The notes beneath the pieces were generated by a model. It worked only from the letters and a program-made list of their open reading frames with translations, was not told where the DNA came from and searched no databases. A stretch of 64,000 bases of DNA from Leptogorgia sarmentosa (Eukaryota): NCBI GenBank assembly GCA_964658305.1, contig OZ210885.1:19282001-19346000 (forward strand). The letters are read 5' to 3'. This document shows, piece by piece, positions 13,001 through 27,109 of this stretch; position 1 is the stretch's first letter, and every line of letters begins with the position of its first letter. Position numbers and translations under genes: made by a program.

Positions 13001-15380
13001 GAGAGTTCTTGTCGCTTTGTTTTTCCACAAACAAACAGAACTATGCACGTTATGGCGCATATTATTGTCTTCAATCTGAAAAATTGAACGAGACCCACCC
13101 AGGTGCAATGGAAGAGCTGCAGGACAAGGGATATTCCGTATGTCGTAATAGCTTGGACATCAGACAATCCATTGATGGCGCTGGTGAGCAAACCTTTATG
13201 AAGAACTCAAAAACTACAGGTACTGTTATGGTAATAGTTTTCCTTTGTCGTTATATTTAATCCTCGGCCCCTTTTTACGCAGGCATGAAAATTTCAAGGT
13301 TATTTATTCATTATATAGGTGGTATCAAGAACTTCACAACGCTGGATAGTGCATATGAGAAATGGGTTCTCACAAGACCATTCCAAGCTGAATATGTCGA
13401 CACACTTTTAAACCAAGCAGGTCTAAACAACGCCCAAAATAAACCTCGAAAGTGCCTACGTAATTCTGCAATTATTAAATCTGAGAACAACGTCAAGGGC
13501 ATCGTGAATGTGTTGAAGAATGATTTTATTGATCCCTTCAGCGGCGATTTGGACCACGACAAATTGTACAACCTTGCATCTGGTAACTCCGTGACAGACG
13601 ACGTAGCCGAAAGCCTTTTGACTGTCCAAGAGCGTGGGACATTGTTAAGAAACGATTTCTTTGAACGACTAAACTCGGAATGTTCAGTTAAAGATAATTT
13701 TTTCAGCCCCATAAAACGAGTTAAATGGAAGAGTTTTACGGACGCAAGTAAGAAGCTAAAGGTATCTGCAAAGGGTAAATCTAGGGAAATCACTGTTCAG
13801 CGGGATATTCTCGGACTTCTTGCTGCCAAGTCACAACAACAGAATGCTCCCATAAACATCGATAAAGCTCTGTGTTACCCGCTGGCACCGGTTCCACTAT
13901 CGATGGCAACATGTGATGGAATCAGAAGAAAAACCGCCAAAAGCAAGTTGTTCAATGCCGCGTTAACTTCCTTGATTGAAAATGATGCGCAACTTCCTGA
14001 AGTTCAACAAAGTTATAGCATTTATATTCTTGACCTCGCAGCCATTATTCGTAGCATGGTCAAGATACCAAATACGTTTAAAGATCTTGCGTTGCTACTC
14101 TTCTCAGATGTCCCAAGGCAATATAACGTTGTCTACGTTGCATGCGATACATACAAGATTCGATCAATAATTGATTCATCGATTATCGAAATCTATCATC
14201 GATTCGCGGTGATAGCGACAAATTTGTTATTAGAAGTGAAAATGTGCGTGTACCTGCTGATTTTAAGAAGTTTCTTGCCAATGGGGATAACAAAGAGCGA
14301 CTCTTCGAACTTATCGAAAAGGTGTGGGTTGATAATAAGAATCATCTGGGAGAACGTGTTGTATACTTTGCCAGGAAGGACGCCTGCCTCAAGATAACAC
14401 AAAACTGTTCTTCCTGTGAAAGAGAACTTGCAACAGACCACGAGGAGGCTGATACTAAAATTTCGTATTTGATTCAGCATGCTGCAAGGAACAGCGATGA
14501 CCGACCAACAACATGTGTGGTACGATCAAGTTCTAGTGATATCGACATTCCCATCATTTTATTTGGAATTCAACCAATCAGCAATTTGGAAATCTACATC
14601 GACAACGGATCTGGCAAGACGAGAAAGTTGCTTCACTTGAATTCATGTAGTCTTACAAGTTTGGAAAAGACAGCGTTGGTTGGACTCCATGCATTCACTG
14701 GGAATGACTATGTATCAAGTTTCTTATGCAAAGGGAAGCCCTTGTGTTGGAAACAAGCAAGCGCAAATCCAATATTTTTAGACATTTTCAGCCAGTTGAG
14801 ACAGAGACTCATGTGTCTGAGGAATTGTTTAGCGTCATTGAGAAGTACGTGTGTTTTCTTTATGGACAAAAGAAAATCGAGAAAGTGAACGAGGCAAGGT
14901 CAGTCATTTTCTGGAGAAAAATGAGTCAAGAGCATAAAGTTGTTGACATTTCTCTGTTACCGCCATGTAGCGATAGTCTACGAAAGCACGCTGCAAGGGC
15001 AAATTATGTGGCTAGAATTTGGAGAAGGGCATGTTACCCAATCATGGCAATGGAAGACCCACAGTTCCATGGTTGGCTCCCCAGTTTAGCAACTGATTGG
15101 ATAGAGGAAGCTTATCCTGAGGACGTTAGCGAGCTGCTTGTTGAGCGTGATGTGGAGAGTGATGGAGAGTGTGAAGAAGACTATGCTTACTGCTCCAGTT
15201 CGGATGATGAATAATAAAGACATGGTTACCTTCGATACAGAGGTATACAACTCAAAATTTGTTTGTTTTGCGAAACTCATTTTATACTTGATATTGCATG
15301 TAAAAATGCTAAACAAGACCATATATTTGGTCATTTACATTGCATGCAAAAATTTTGCTATAACTCAGATTTGTTAGGCT
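10063..15380 (+). mobile_element. Academ-type DNA transposon, right end missing
   Basis: Begins TAGTCCGGGCGGGGAG; contains Academ-type transposase plus XPG/PIN-like domain; no inverted copy of the left terminus found by eye. Confidence 0.75.
10559..15214 (+). pseudogene. Academ-type transposase with XPG/PIN-like nuclease domain, about 3 frameshifts, one intron (13220-13318)
   Basis: WWDNFD, TVDAG, HLGDFH..GSGFEE..SGKHYNR, NYARY, DGAGEQT; then HEEADTK, SSDID, HAFTGND, LPPC..L.KH..RANY..IW. Confidence 0.85.
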
Positions 15381-17155
15381 ATTCCAAATACAAAAGACAG
15401 TGTGCAAGATCACCTATTATAACCATAAGGGGCTAATCGAGACAGGTGATCTGCTAAAGTAACACATTAATAAAACACAGAATTACGAAAAAAGATAGCA
15501 TTAAATCCACGAAAGATAAATATAGCTCAGATCTTTATCTAAGTTTGAGTTTGTTTCATATCAAAAGTTATTTTTAAATTGTAGTAATCTGAGTTAGGTA
15601 ACTAGTTAATATAAACTTATCAAGGAGATTTTAACTTGTCTTTTAAATGCTTTATTACTTAATAATTTTAAGGATTCATCAACAGAGTTCCATGCTTTTG
15701 GACCACAATATCTAATATCAAAAATGCCATAATTTGTTCGTACTTTTGGCAAAGCAAAGGTAGATTTGGATGACAACCGCGTATAATGATTATGCTTATG
15801 TTCTTTAAAAAAATCAGTAAAAATAATTGGAAGAGTGTCGCAATGGTACTGATGCATAAATAGGACTGTACAGAATTGAACAATATCAGGAAATTTCAAT
15901 AAGTTAAGTTCTTTGAAAAGAGGAGAACTGTGAGTTCTGAAAGGTGAGAAAGTTATGATATGTATTGCTTTTTTTTGTAATACCGTCAAAGGTTTAACAT
16001 TAGTCTGATAAGTATTGCCCCAGATTATTATTCCATAAATTAGAAATGGATAAATGATACAGTAATAAATTTTAATTAATATATCAATCTTAACAAAATT
16101 TCGAAGCTTTAGTAATATGCCAATCCCACGGGAAATCTTTTTACAAAGTTCATTAATATGCTCTTTCCAATTGAGATTAGAATCAATGATAACCCCTAGA
16201 TATTTATAACTCTTTTTTTCAACTATATATTTGTTATTAATGCTAAGATTAATAGCATAATCAACTACCTTTTGAACTGGATGAAAAATAACAAAATGCG
16301 ATTTATCAACATTTAACGATAACTTATTCACACATAACCAGTTGTGAATGTTTATTAGTTGTTGATTTAAATGTTCTTCAAGAGATCTTAGATTTTTGTG
16401 AGCATAAAATAGATTTGAATCATCAGCGAAAAGGTGAAAGTCGAGTAAATCAGATGAGTTATTGAAATCGTTAATATAAACTAAAAAAAGTAAGGGTCCC
16501 AAGACTGATCCTTGTGGTACTCCACACACAATATCATTTAGGTCAGATTTGATAGTACCAACAGAAACAAACTGTTTCCTATCATCAAGATAAGAATTAA
16601 ACCATTTATTTGTGATACCTCTAATTCCATAATGCTGCAATATATTTATCAAAATGCTATGATCTACAGTATCAAAAGCTTTGCTAAGACCAAGAAATAC
16701 ACCACAAGAGAAGAGCTTTTCTTCAATGGCTTTTTGAATTTTATCAGTAATAAGTATCAGTGCTTGAGTTGTGGAATGATTTGCTCGAAATCCAAACTGT
16801 CCATGAAATAAAACATCATTTTTTCGAAAAAATTTATAAGTCTAGTATACATCAATTTTTCTAGCAATTTGCTAAAAATAAAGTAGGGAAATTGGACGAT
16901 AGTTAGATAAATCTGTTGTTGACCCCTTCTTATAAATTGGAATGACTTGCGCTATTTTAAGTTTATTAGGAACAGTTCCTGAAGAGAATGACCAATTATA
17001 AATATAGGTTAAAGGCTCAGATACATTCCTTTTTATTGTCTTTAATAGATTTATTGGAATACTAAATGGCCCAGTTGATTTACCTAGTTTCAGCTTCTCA
17101 ATCTCGTTCACAATTTCACTACAGTCAACCGGAATTAGCATAAAACTATTACAAA

Positions 17156-20100
17156 CAGGGGCGTAGCGACAGCTATCGAGTTGGGGGGTGCACCACTCAA
17201 TTTTGCCGACAAAATGGGCGGGGTTTGGGTGTGGTCAAGGAAGTCATCGCATTAAATGTTGAACATGTGCGTCGTTTGATATTTTTTTTTATTAAATACA
17301 ACAGAGTTTTTGGTTTGAATGATCTTTTTTCACAAAGTTAATTTGAGACATACATTCAATCAAAACTAAAGAACTAAGGAAGAACGGTGAGGATACATCA
17401 ATAACTTCTCACAGGTTAGAACACTTATATGGTTAATGTTGCAGTTCTCACGAAATGGCAATTCGCCTTGACTTCAAAGTAGACCACAGTGTAGCTAGCC
17501 TACGAACTGGTATGTCATCAGTCATGTCCTTTTCACACGCCATGAACATGACTTCTTCCAGCCTCGCATCGCTAATCTTTGATCTGCACAAATTTTTCAC
17601 AGTTTTTAATTTACTAAAGGTCCTTTCATCTTTGGCCACCGTCACTGGTGCAGTTAATGCCAGCCGAAAAGCTTTGTTGGTAAGAGGAAACACCGATTTC
17701 TGCTCCTCGGCTATCTTGGCGGCCCCCGAGATATCTTTAACAACTTCATTTATCGTTGCCAAATGCAATTTAAAGGTCTCAACTTCTGACATAAGAGCAT
17801 CAGGATCTGGTCTGTCTTTCTCAGGGTGGAATTTCGCCAATGCTTCAAAGGTTTGGATTGAAGTTGCTTCCTGGTCCGCTTCCACTTGTAGGGCGCTGAG
17901 TAGAGGTTTGATTGTGGCTGCGCAGTTCTCAAAGACCTCTGTAAACGTACTGATCTGCGTATCTAGAACGGATTTGAATTCTTTGCGATAGAAGGATTCC
18001 ATGTTTAGACATGCAGTCGTATTTGGGTTGTCGTCAATTCGTCTAGGGGGCCTTCTTTGCCGGTGATGTCGACGAAAATCATTGGCAGCATCGATGCCAA
18101 CTTTCTGAGCAAAAGATACAGCTGCTTGAATTTCTGCATTCATTGCATCGATATCGTTGTTGACGTTTGTAAGACTCTTTACGGTTAGCTCCAGGATAGT
18201 TATAGCGTCAATAACGTTGAGGTCTTCACTTTGAAGTACTTCTGTCATCCGCTTGGTTTTGTACACGATGTTCTTCATAAACATGATTGCCACTATGAAA
18301 TCAAAGCGAAGTAACTTTGTGCGCAAACCGTAGGCAGAGGTTCTTGTTGCATGGTCATCTGATTCTTCTGGTTTGGTCAGACTGTCCAAAATTGCCTCGT
18401 AACTGCTCCAGATTGCCTTTATTGCCTCGGCACGAGCTGTCCATCTGGTTCTTGAGAGATTTCGCAGATTCAAAGGGTTGTCAACTTGCATGACTTGAAT
18501 GGACTCTTGCAAGGAACTCATGCGTTTTGTACTACTGGTATAAAATACGAAAAGACCCTCCAAAACGTTGAAGAGTTCTTCAATAATGGGGCTTGCTTTG
18601 CAACTATGCTCTATGACTGTGTTGGAACGATGGGCCAAACATGGAATATATGGAATACTTTTCCCAAGCTTATCCTGCAGCTTTTTTTGCACGCCGTTGA
18701 ATCGTCCTGACATTGATGCCGTGTAATCATAGCTTTGGAAGCACAGTTCATCTAGATTCATTCCATGCTTTGTCAAGGATGGGACAATCTCAGTTGCTCC
18801 ACCTTCACCCGTTTTGAGTTTGGCTTCAGTCAGCGACAACAAGCGTTCTCTAGGCTGACCTTTCTTGTCCACGTATCGACAGGCAATGGCAAGGCGATCC
18901 TTGTGTGATACGTCTGGTGTGGTATCTGCCATTACCGAGTACATTCCAGCATCTTTGATATCTTCGATGACACGTTGTTGAATCTGGTTGCCGATTAGTT
19001 GAATGAATTCGTTTTGCGATTCTGCACTGAGATATGTGACGTGGTACGGGCGCAATCAAGTTGTGTTCAACCAGTGCTGAAGTTCCGGGCAGTACTTTGA
19101 CACTAGTTTTACAACTTGGCGGAAGTTTCCATCATCATCACTTCCATGACCTCTAAAGGCTATTCCTTGACGTCCAAGGGTTTTTGTGATATCCAACAAT
19201 ATCTCGATGATCTTTCTATTTTGCTGACGGTCATCTTCCTCTTGAATGAGAGCATGACGCTTGGCTTTATCGAGCAGGGAGTCAACGTGGCCAGAGGTTC
19301 TTGCGAAATGAGCATACGAAAGAAGTGAACTCTTGTGACTGTGGGATGAGAGCTGCATTACGAGTTTGCATTGTTTCTTCTTACCACAACTCTTAAATTT
19401 GTGCCAGGATCGAACACCTTCCTTGACCCAGGCACTCTCTGCTTTTTCCGTTCCATGACCACAACCAAACAAGGAACAAACGAAACAGAAAGCAGCATCC
19501 TTTGAAAGGCTGTATTCGAGGTGAGGATATTCCTTAAACCAGGATGGATTGAAGTGTGACTGCTTGTGACCTTCATTTCTAATTTTGGTATCGCTTGGAT
19601 ATTGCTGCAAAATTGGTTGATATGGCCCAATTCTTATAAGGTACTTCTTCTGGTTTTCGGTCAGCCTTTTACATCTTTCTCCTGGGTCAAGCACAGGCAA
19701 GGGTGCAGTGGTGTCCTCATTGCACTCGTCAAGTTCACTCTTTGAACGTTCTAGATTTTCAAGGACCTTGGATGATACTTTCAGAAGATTTGTTGAAGAT
19801 TCCATTATTTGCATAGCGATTTCCTTCATTCTGATCAGGAAATATTCTTCATTAACACTTTCTGCCGTATCAATTTTATTAAGAATGGTTTCGCTCGCAC
19901 AGAGTTTGGACGTCAGGTAGTGAAGCTGTCCTGCACAGGTGATCCACGTTGCGTTGGGTAATTCTCCATCAATATCCTCCAGGTCTACATTTGCTTCCTC
20001 TTCGTTTTGGTCTTTTTTCGAAACCTACAAAGTTGAGGGAAGAAAAAATATTATACCATGTATTTTAAAAGGCCTTTTAAAATTAAATGTTCAACAAAAA

Positions 20101-21415
20101 TAACTAACCCTAAAAAGCTGTTCAGCCTGTTCTTCGAGTGTATCCTCATGCGGAGGTGTGTCACTGTCTTCACTCTCTTGTTCTTGATTTTGGTGAAAGC
20201 TTTCTCCCACAGACTGCCTTTCAGTTCTTAGATCTTCACGCACCACAATATCTGAGGGGACATCAGAGCTTTCCGCCCTACCGATAGTACCGACATCAGG
20301 GTCGAGTTGTGAATCATTTGGTGAGGTCATTTGGTGAAGTTTTTCAGTCGCTTGCAGTCGCAGAGGCCCATCTTTTGGCAAAATACCAGCTACGGCAGAA
20401 TCTGCAGATGCCTATAGTTTATTATGATTACAATATCAGTTAACATAAGTATTTCATTGTCATCACGTATAACTATAAGCTTAGCATAATTTAAACAGGC
20501 TTCAGTCTTATTCCTAGGCAAGTTACCTTTTTATGTCTCTGATTCTGTGCCAACACGAATGGGTTCGCTGGAGCTCCAGCTGTTTGGTAAGCAATAAACT
20601 TCCCTTTCTTTAGTAAATCTCCATGATACTTTTTGTTGTGTTGCTGTCGATAATCATCGTCAAAGGTCTGCTGGCAAACCAGACATGTTAGCTTCGTTCG
20701 CTTTCGCTTGCGTGTTAGTTGATTCCTTTCCATGTTTTGAAATTCAATGCCAGCTCATGAGCTCAACATATTACAGTGTCGCTATTTTGTCCATTTTCTG
20801 AATTTCAGCAGCCGATTGCCGACAATTAGCAATGCTGAATCTCGACGAGAGTTTGAATACAATCCAGTCAATCCTACACTATATTTTATACCTAAGACGC
20901 GGCGATAATGCGGTGATTCCCGTGAACAGCCAACCTTCACTTCTTCTGTCACAATTTACATATTATTAGCTAACACGCGTTGTTGACATATTGCGCGCCA
21001 GGGCATAGCGCTAGACAGTAGCCCTTTGATATAGTAAATGACCGCTGCACGCTATTACCGCTAATAAGGGGGGAGAGACATATATTTCATATATGCACGA
21101 TCCTTCGTTCCTGCAGCTATCATTCTCGCCGTATAACAATCACCCCGATCACGCTGAGAAAGACAAACCTTTGTTCCGACATTTTATCACTATTTTCTCA
21201 TTTCCCGACATTTGCTACTTTACCCACGTTTATTCGGATTTTCTAATTTATTTCCAAAATAATTCATTTCCAAAATATCAATGTAAAATAAATATTATCT
21301 GACACATCCCGATCTCAGATTTGCCGACACAGGCTTAAAGTTGTTCGTCTCGTGCCAACAAACACGACATTGGGTGCGCCACCCCCCCCCGCACCCCCCC
21401 TTCGTTACACCCCTG
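17156..21415 (-). mobile_element. Complete hAT DNA transposon (ZMYM1/Tip100-like)
   Basis: TIRs CAGGGGCGTAGCGA / CAGGGGTGTAACGA; 8-bp TSD ATTACAAA at 17148-17155 and 21416-21423. Confidence 0.95.
17448..20733 (-). pseudogene. hAT transposase (N-terminal C2H2, TTF-type zinc finger, DUF4371-like region, dimerisation domain), spliced, in-frame TGA at 19056-19058
   Basis: CLVC..HNKKYH, WFKEYPHLEYS..FCFVC, AFRGH, QNEFI, ADTTPD, SYD..SMSG, CLAH, TRW, ERTFSKLK. Confidence 0.9.
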
Positions 21416-22924
21416 ATTACAAAGAGGTCTTCTAAGGAATTTTTTGTACGACGAATTAACCACTGGTATACTTTCAGCAAGCTTGGTGCCTATGTTAGTA
21501 AAATATTCATTAAATTCACTGGCAATAGCAGCAACATCAGTAATTCTTTCATTTCCCACCTTTATTAATGTTGGGAAGGAATTATAATTTACTCTTTTTA
21601 GTGTTATTCGTTGCTTAATTCCCTTCCATGTTTCCTTGATATTGTCCTTTTTCATTAAGAAATAATTATTATAATAATTCTTTTTGCTTATAAGCAATAA
21701 ATGTTTTAATTTATTCCTAACTAATTTAAATTTAGATAGATAATAACCATTTTTAGACTTAAGATACAGCTTGTAAAGCTTGTTTTTATTCTTGATTGAA
21801 ATCATGAGGCCTTTTGTAATCCATGGTTTGGTTAGTAGTTTCACCTTATTTTTAGACAATTTTTTCAAAGGCACATGTTTCTCAATAATCATGTTTAGTT
21901 TATTAAAAAAAGTATTAAATGCTAAATTTACATCATCACTATTATAAACAGTTTCCCAATTCACATCACCAGTTTCTGTTATAAGATCTTCTTCATTATA
22001 ATGGGAATAATCTCTCACAAAGACACCATTTTTAAATTTTAAAATTCAATTTACTTATGATAAGAAAATTAGGAAGATGGTCGGAAATGTCGTAAATTAT
22101 ATTGCCACTAGTGGTAAAATGATCAATGGAATTAAAGTAGATGTTATCGATCAATGTAGCAGAATGATCAGTAATCCTAGTGGGCTGCAAGATATGTGGT
22201 TGAAAAAAGTAAGAAGTCATTGTGTTAAGAAATTCATCAGTACCACCATGAGACTCACAATTCAATAAATTAAGGTTGAAATCTCCCATTAATACACAGT
22301 ATTTCCTTTCATTTGAAATCTTTTCAATAATAGGAAAAATTTTCAAGACAACTATGGGGATGTCGATATATCACCAAGCACACAATATTGCATTGATTAT
22401 TTAAGTGAATTTCAATTGACAAACATTCAAAGTCATTAGTGGTAGTAGTGAAATCATTTCTAGCATGAAATTTCATTTTATCTTTAATAAAGAAACCAAC
22501 TCGTCCAGCATTACACAAGGTGGGTTGTGAAATAAATGAATAGTCTGGCATTGAAATATTAGTGATCGGGTCCTTTCCTTGCATTATTTTAGTTTCAGAA
22601 ATACCTATGACATCAAATTCGAAATCCAAATCAGATAATAATGACATTAAGCTATCATGATTGGCAGACAGGCTTCTTACATTGCAGTGTAACACAGAGA
22701 ACAAAGACCCAATTGTTACCCTGCTGATACTCTGCGCATTATGGAACTCTGTTGTTGAGTAATATTTAAAATTAACCTCAGGCAATAGATGATTTTCCAC
22801 ATCATGACCATCTAAGTTTGGTAAATTTGAAAGCCTAGAAGTCAGTTCAAATTTCGGTAAATTATAGTAGTTAATCATGTTTATTATAGTAATTAATCAT
22901 GCACTTATAATAATTACATAGTAC

Positions 22925-24129
22925 TTATCGATAAGATGATAATTTCTCCAAATCAGCAACAACATTAATAGCATGTGTAGGGCTAGTTGAATTTTTCCTC
23001 AAATAAATTCTGCCATTGTATGTCCATATATAGCGAAAGAATTTGTCTCGTTTAAACTTGAGACATTTCTTGAATAGTTGATTCTTCCTCGGGCTGAGAC
23101 TTTCGGAAATATATAATTTGTGTTCAGGTGACCTCAAAAAACCAAGATCTCGAGTTGTTTTATCTTTTAATCGTAAACGACCTTGATAAAACTTAACTTT
23201 GGTGTCTCGACTATAAATTTGACAATGATTTTAGCGGAGGCATTAGCTGCACTTCGATTTACTTGCTGGTTTTCGCTTCTTGATTTTGGAAGCCGATGAC
23301 TTATAGATATATCCCTCTCGTCTGATTCGACATCCATTAGAGAGCCAATTTTAACTACTAACTTGTTCAGATCTTCATCATTCTCTTGAGGTAGCCCCGA
23401 AATCTCAACGCAGTCGCGTCGAGAATATTGCTCGATTTCATCTACCTTATTCGTACTTAATTTCGCGTGACTTTAATTTCGCGATTTTCGCGATTGAAAA
23501 AAAATCGCGAAATTAAAGTCGCGCGAATAAAAATCCTCGCGAAATTTAACCACGCGAAATTAAAACATTAGTAAAAAAATTAGAATTGTTAAATCATTAA
23601 TTTCTCAATATATATGATCAACAACAACATGTACAGCTCCCATATCGTTTTACCGACGTCGACATGTATAAATTTCAATAAAAGTTAAAATTTAATAAAA
23701 GTCAAATGTTAAAAGTTAAAATTCAATTCAATAAATGATGGTTTTGAAAATCTGTATTTCGCGAAAATTAATGCCCTTTTTCTATTTTCGGTCATCAAAA
23801 TCGCGAAAATAAAGTCTCGCTAAATATGGCTTCGACAAAATCGTGAAATTAAGTACGCGCGAAATTAAGTACGAATAAGGTAATTCATTACTCTGTTGAT
23901 CGACGATAGTTGAAAGTCGCAGAAGTTCGGCTTTGAGGTGCTTGTTTTCTAAAGTGACGTGCGAGACCTTATTGTCTAGTTCTTCTACCTTCTTGAAGAC
24001 ATCATCAAATTTTTTACTTAGGAACTGAACAGAATCTTTGAGGCCATTAACAGTCAGGAGAATTGGACTTAATTTCTCGTCCAAAATGGCTGAAATGGCT
24101 TCTGTGGTGATAAGTTTGGTTTTACTCAT
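22925..24129 (-). pseudogene. LINE ORF1 (coiled coil plus RRM-like), split by a MITE
   Basis: SNEL|DEIEQYSRRDC rejoins in frame after removing 23445-23880 and one TA; C-terminal YISESLSP..YIWTYNGRIYLRK. Confidence 0.85.
23445..23880. mobile_element. MITE with TA TSD and CGCGAAATTAA subterminal repeats
   Basis: TA|CCTTATTCGTACTTAATTTCGCG...CGCGAAATTAAGTACGAATAAGG|TA; removal restores LINE ORF1. Confidence 0.92.
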
Positions 24130-24266
24130 TATCGCGTATCACTCAAGGCAAAGAAAATTGCCTACAAAGATAAAAATGACCTTAAAAAAAAAAACTTTTT
24201 TTCGATTTAAACGTGGAGCTCATATTTTGTCTGCCATCTTGATTTTCATGCTTCCACTTCTTTCAG

Positions 24267-24538
24267 GAGACAATGAAAGAAGTGGAACTGTCATGTTTAA
24301 AGATGATCACGGCCCGGTCGCTATGGGGTTCGTACAATCAAATAGAAGAACCCTTCATGGACGTGTCATTCCTCCAGGCTTTGACTGCGTGTTAGTGAAA
24401 TGGATTAAGTGCAACGGGACTCCTGCACCGCTTCCACTTGGCGATGTTGAGGAAAACGCCATTCTTCAAGTCAACCAGTACTTTGCGCTGCCAACATCAA
24501 GTCTTGCTAAAGTTTTAGTGGCAACAAAAAAAAGTTAA
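24267..24538 (+). pseudogene. Orphan terminal exon resembling the Tnp1/En-Spm accessory C-terminal domain
   Basis: Pyrimidine tract plus CAG acceptor at 24264-24266; VAMGFV..TLHGRVIPPGFDCVLV..PAPLP pattern; stop at 24538. Confidence 0.5.
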
Positions 24539-25170
24539 AGAAAAAAGATTAAAAAAAATGTAAAAATTTTAAAGTTTAAAAGTTATAGATTGCAAAATCT
24601 ATCAAAAGAATGGACTGGAAACGCAATCTGTTGCGGATGCCACATCCGTGGTGCAGCCTGTACCCTTTATTTCGAACTCTGTAATTTTTAGCTATTTCAG
24701 GACCTTGTACGTATTTGGAATATAATTAGAAGTAAAGCTTTTCACGGATGTCGTGTCGTACAGTTTACCTACGTTTCCACTCCATTTCTTTGATTTTACA
24801 TTCCAACTAGTTAGTAGTACGATCAATATATGACAAAGTTATTATTTGTGTACCTGAGTGCACTAATAATAAATATGATTGCTATATTAGCTAACGAAAA
24901 ATTTTTATTGGTTTTCATTTGTTATTGTGCGAACGCTGTTCATGTTTGAGTAAAAATACGAACAATTGGTTATTAGAGCAATGTGTTTTAATATTATTTT
25001 CTTGAAAGTTGCCTGTTAAATTTAATTTCTACTGATGCTACGAGCATTTGAGAACTGTTCAAGCAGCTGTGTTATCGTATTCAATCTTCTGCTAGCATGA
25101 TCATCGGAACTTTAATCAAGTAAGCATGTGGGGCTTAAATGGTGACCTTAAAGTGTCGTATACAGTTGGT

Positions 25171-25282
25171 CAGAGCCGTAGCTAGAACGTTAATTGAGGT
25201 GCATATTCATATATTCATGTTGTGCCCGACGGATTTCTGTTCAAATTAATTCAAAAACAACTGATTTCAAAAGAAATCCATC
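25171..25282 (+). mobile_element. Possible truncated hAT-type MITE (left half)
   Basis: Begins CAGAGCCGTAGCTAG, similar to the CAGGGGCGTAGC hAT terminus at 17156; no right arm. Confidence 0.35.
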
Positions 25283-25335
25283 TTTTTTTACTCTGTACCT
25301 AGAAGGTTTGTATATATCTTGTGTTTATTAGTCTG

Positions 25336-25572
25336 GGGCCGGTTGTACGAAGCCCGTTTAGCCTAAACGGTGGATAGATCAAAATTTAATAACACTCTCG
25401 CAATTCTTGTAAACGCATGAATTTAAATTTCATGCACTAAATACGTAGTGGCAGTGATAGTTGTTCTATTCATGTTGAAAACTTTCAGGTTTGTTGTTCA
25501 ATGAATTAATAGACTTGTTTTTTTTTCAGCTTATCCGCTGTTTAGGTTAAACGGGCTTTGTACAACCGGCCC
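25336..25572. mobile_element. Harbinger-type MITE, copy 1
   Basis: TIR GGGCCGGTTGTACGAAGCCCGTTTA with 3-bp TSD CTG on both sides. Confidence 0.85.
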
Positions 25573-25812
25573 CTGAAATTCAAATTACTAATTATAGTTT
25601 TCCGATTGTTGTGAACTGCGTATAGTTCATGACACACCACAAAAACTTGTTTTATTTACAAAACATATTCCATAACTAGAAAACTTTTGTTTTCAAGGTT
25701 CGCTAAATTATTCCAAGCAACTAAGCTTGGCAGATGAGTTCAATACAACATGACTGATTTGAACTTAGAAGACTGGGAAGCCCTTTATTCGAGACACCCA
25801 GTAGTTATACCT

Positions 25813-26698
25813 TGCTTACCCCATTTTTACGTCACATTCTTCCTATGGCCCAATTGGGCTGAAATTTAAGCATTGCACTGATAGTCATGGTAGAAATAGA
25901 TGTGCAAAATTTCAGAAAGTAATTCCATCGCAAAGTTTGAATTCGACGACACGATGGTCACTTATGACATAGTACTTATACATTATAATAGAAAACGCTT
26001 ATCCCATTTTTACGTCACATTCTTCCTATGGCCCAATTGGGCTGAAATTTTAGCATTGCACTGATAGTCATGGTAGAAATAGATGTGCAAAATTTCAGAA
26101 AGTAATTCCATCGCAAAGTTTGAATTCAGCGACACGATGGTCACTTATGACATAGTACTTATACATTATAATAGAAAACGCTTATCCCATTTTTACGTCA
26201 CATTCTTCCTATGGCCCAATTGGGCTGAAATTTTAGTATTACACTAATATTCATGGTAGAAAAAGATGTGCAAAATTTCACAAAAGTAATTCCATCGCAA
26301 AGTTTGAATTCAACGACACGATGGTCACTTATGACATAGTACTTATACATTATAATAGAAAACGCTTATCCCATTTTTACGTCACATTCTTCCTATGGCC
26401 CAATTGGGCTGAAATTTTAGCATTGCACTGATAGTCATGGTAGAAATAGATGTGCAAAATTTCAGAAAGTAATTCCATCGCAAAGTTTGAATTCAACGAC
26501 ACGATGGTCACTTATGACATAGTACTTATACATTATAATAGAAAACGCTTATCCCATTTTTATGTCACATTCTTCCTATGGCCCAATTGGGCTGAAATTT
26601 TAGCATTGCACTGATAGATGTGCAAAATTTCAGAAAGTAATTCCATCGCAAAGTTTGAATTCAACGACACGATGGTCACTTATGACATAGTACCTATA
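25813..26698 (+). repeat. Tandem array of about five 183-184 bp units
   Basis: CCATTTTTA(C/T)GTCACATTC recurs at 25821, 26004, 26187, 26371 and 26554; fifth unit has a 15-bp deletion; unit text resumes at 33269. Confidence 0.97.
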
Positions 26699-27109
26699 CA
26701 GGGTGTCTCAAAAAAAACGCAATCCTATGTTCAAATGCAATTTTCGTAACAAATGGAAAATAGACTATATTTACCACCGTTAGAAAGCTCTATCATTCCG
26801 CTTTCTTAAAGGACATCGGCAACGGATTTTTTTATTGTAGAATTTGGTTCTCTATGGTCGTGTTAGTAATGAGTTACCTCTCATTTGCGATGAAAATTAC
26901 TTGACTGCTAGCAAAAATCCAATGAATTCGCCGTAATTATGAATAGCGTCCGCCATCTTGGAAAAATAACCGGTATGCTAATTTATGCTGGAATATTTTA
27001 ATGACGTCATTGGCAGGGGAAGCGTACGTGCGGCGCCGAAAATCTTATCGACTTTGCTGTCTTTGTATGCGCTTTATACGAAATGTTTGAAGAAGTTTGA
27101 CGTCCTGCG

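Larger units (their letters stand above)
15606..22878 (-). pseudogene. LINE ORF2 (APE endonuclease plus reverse transcriptase), frameshifted and split by hAT
   Basis: CNVRSL, ISET, GDFN, TLIDNI, ISDH, PWIT, NYRPISLL, GVPQGSVLGPLLF, FADD, YLG; the frame RRPL|CNSFMLIP rejoins across the hAT. Confidence 0.92.
15385..24245 (-). mobile_element. Near full-length Crack/L2-group LINE, interrupted by hAT and MITE, extreme 3' tail missing
   Basis: 5' CAAGATGGC start near 24243, RRM-type ORF1, APE plus RT ORF2, 3' stem AGATCACCT...AGGTGATCT at ~15408-15451. Confidence 0.9.

Noticed and set aside
17448..19829. Host ZMYM1 gene, or UGA readthrough by the UCA tRNA-like sequence
   Set aside because: It lies within hAT TIRs and TSD; a single point mutation such as CGA to TGA explains the stop and nothing supports readthrough.
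24038..24266. 5' half of ORF 24038-24538 as real coding sequence
   Set aside because: It is antisense to LINE ORF1 and its 5' UTR; only the part after the acceptor at 24266 looks coding.
25781..25803. GAGACACCCAGTA as the partner end of a mariner-type element
   Set aside because: Resembles the TIR at 9831-9841 but no matching left end was found.
25813..26698. Possible CRISPR-like array
   Set aside because: Units are near-identical along their full 183 bp with no unique spacers, no cas genes, and the context is eukaryotic.
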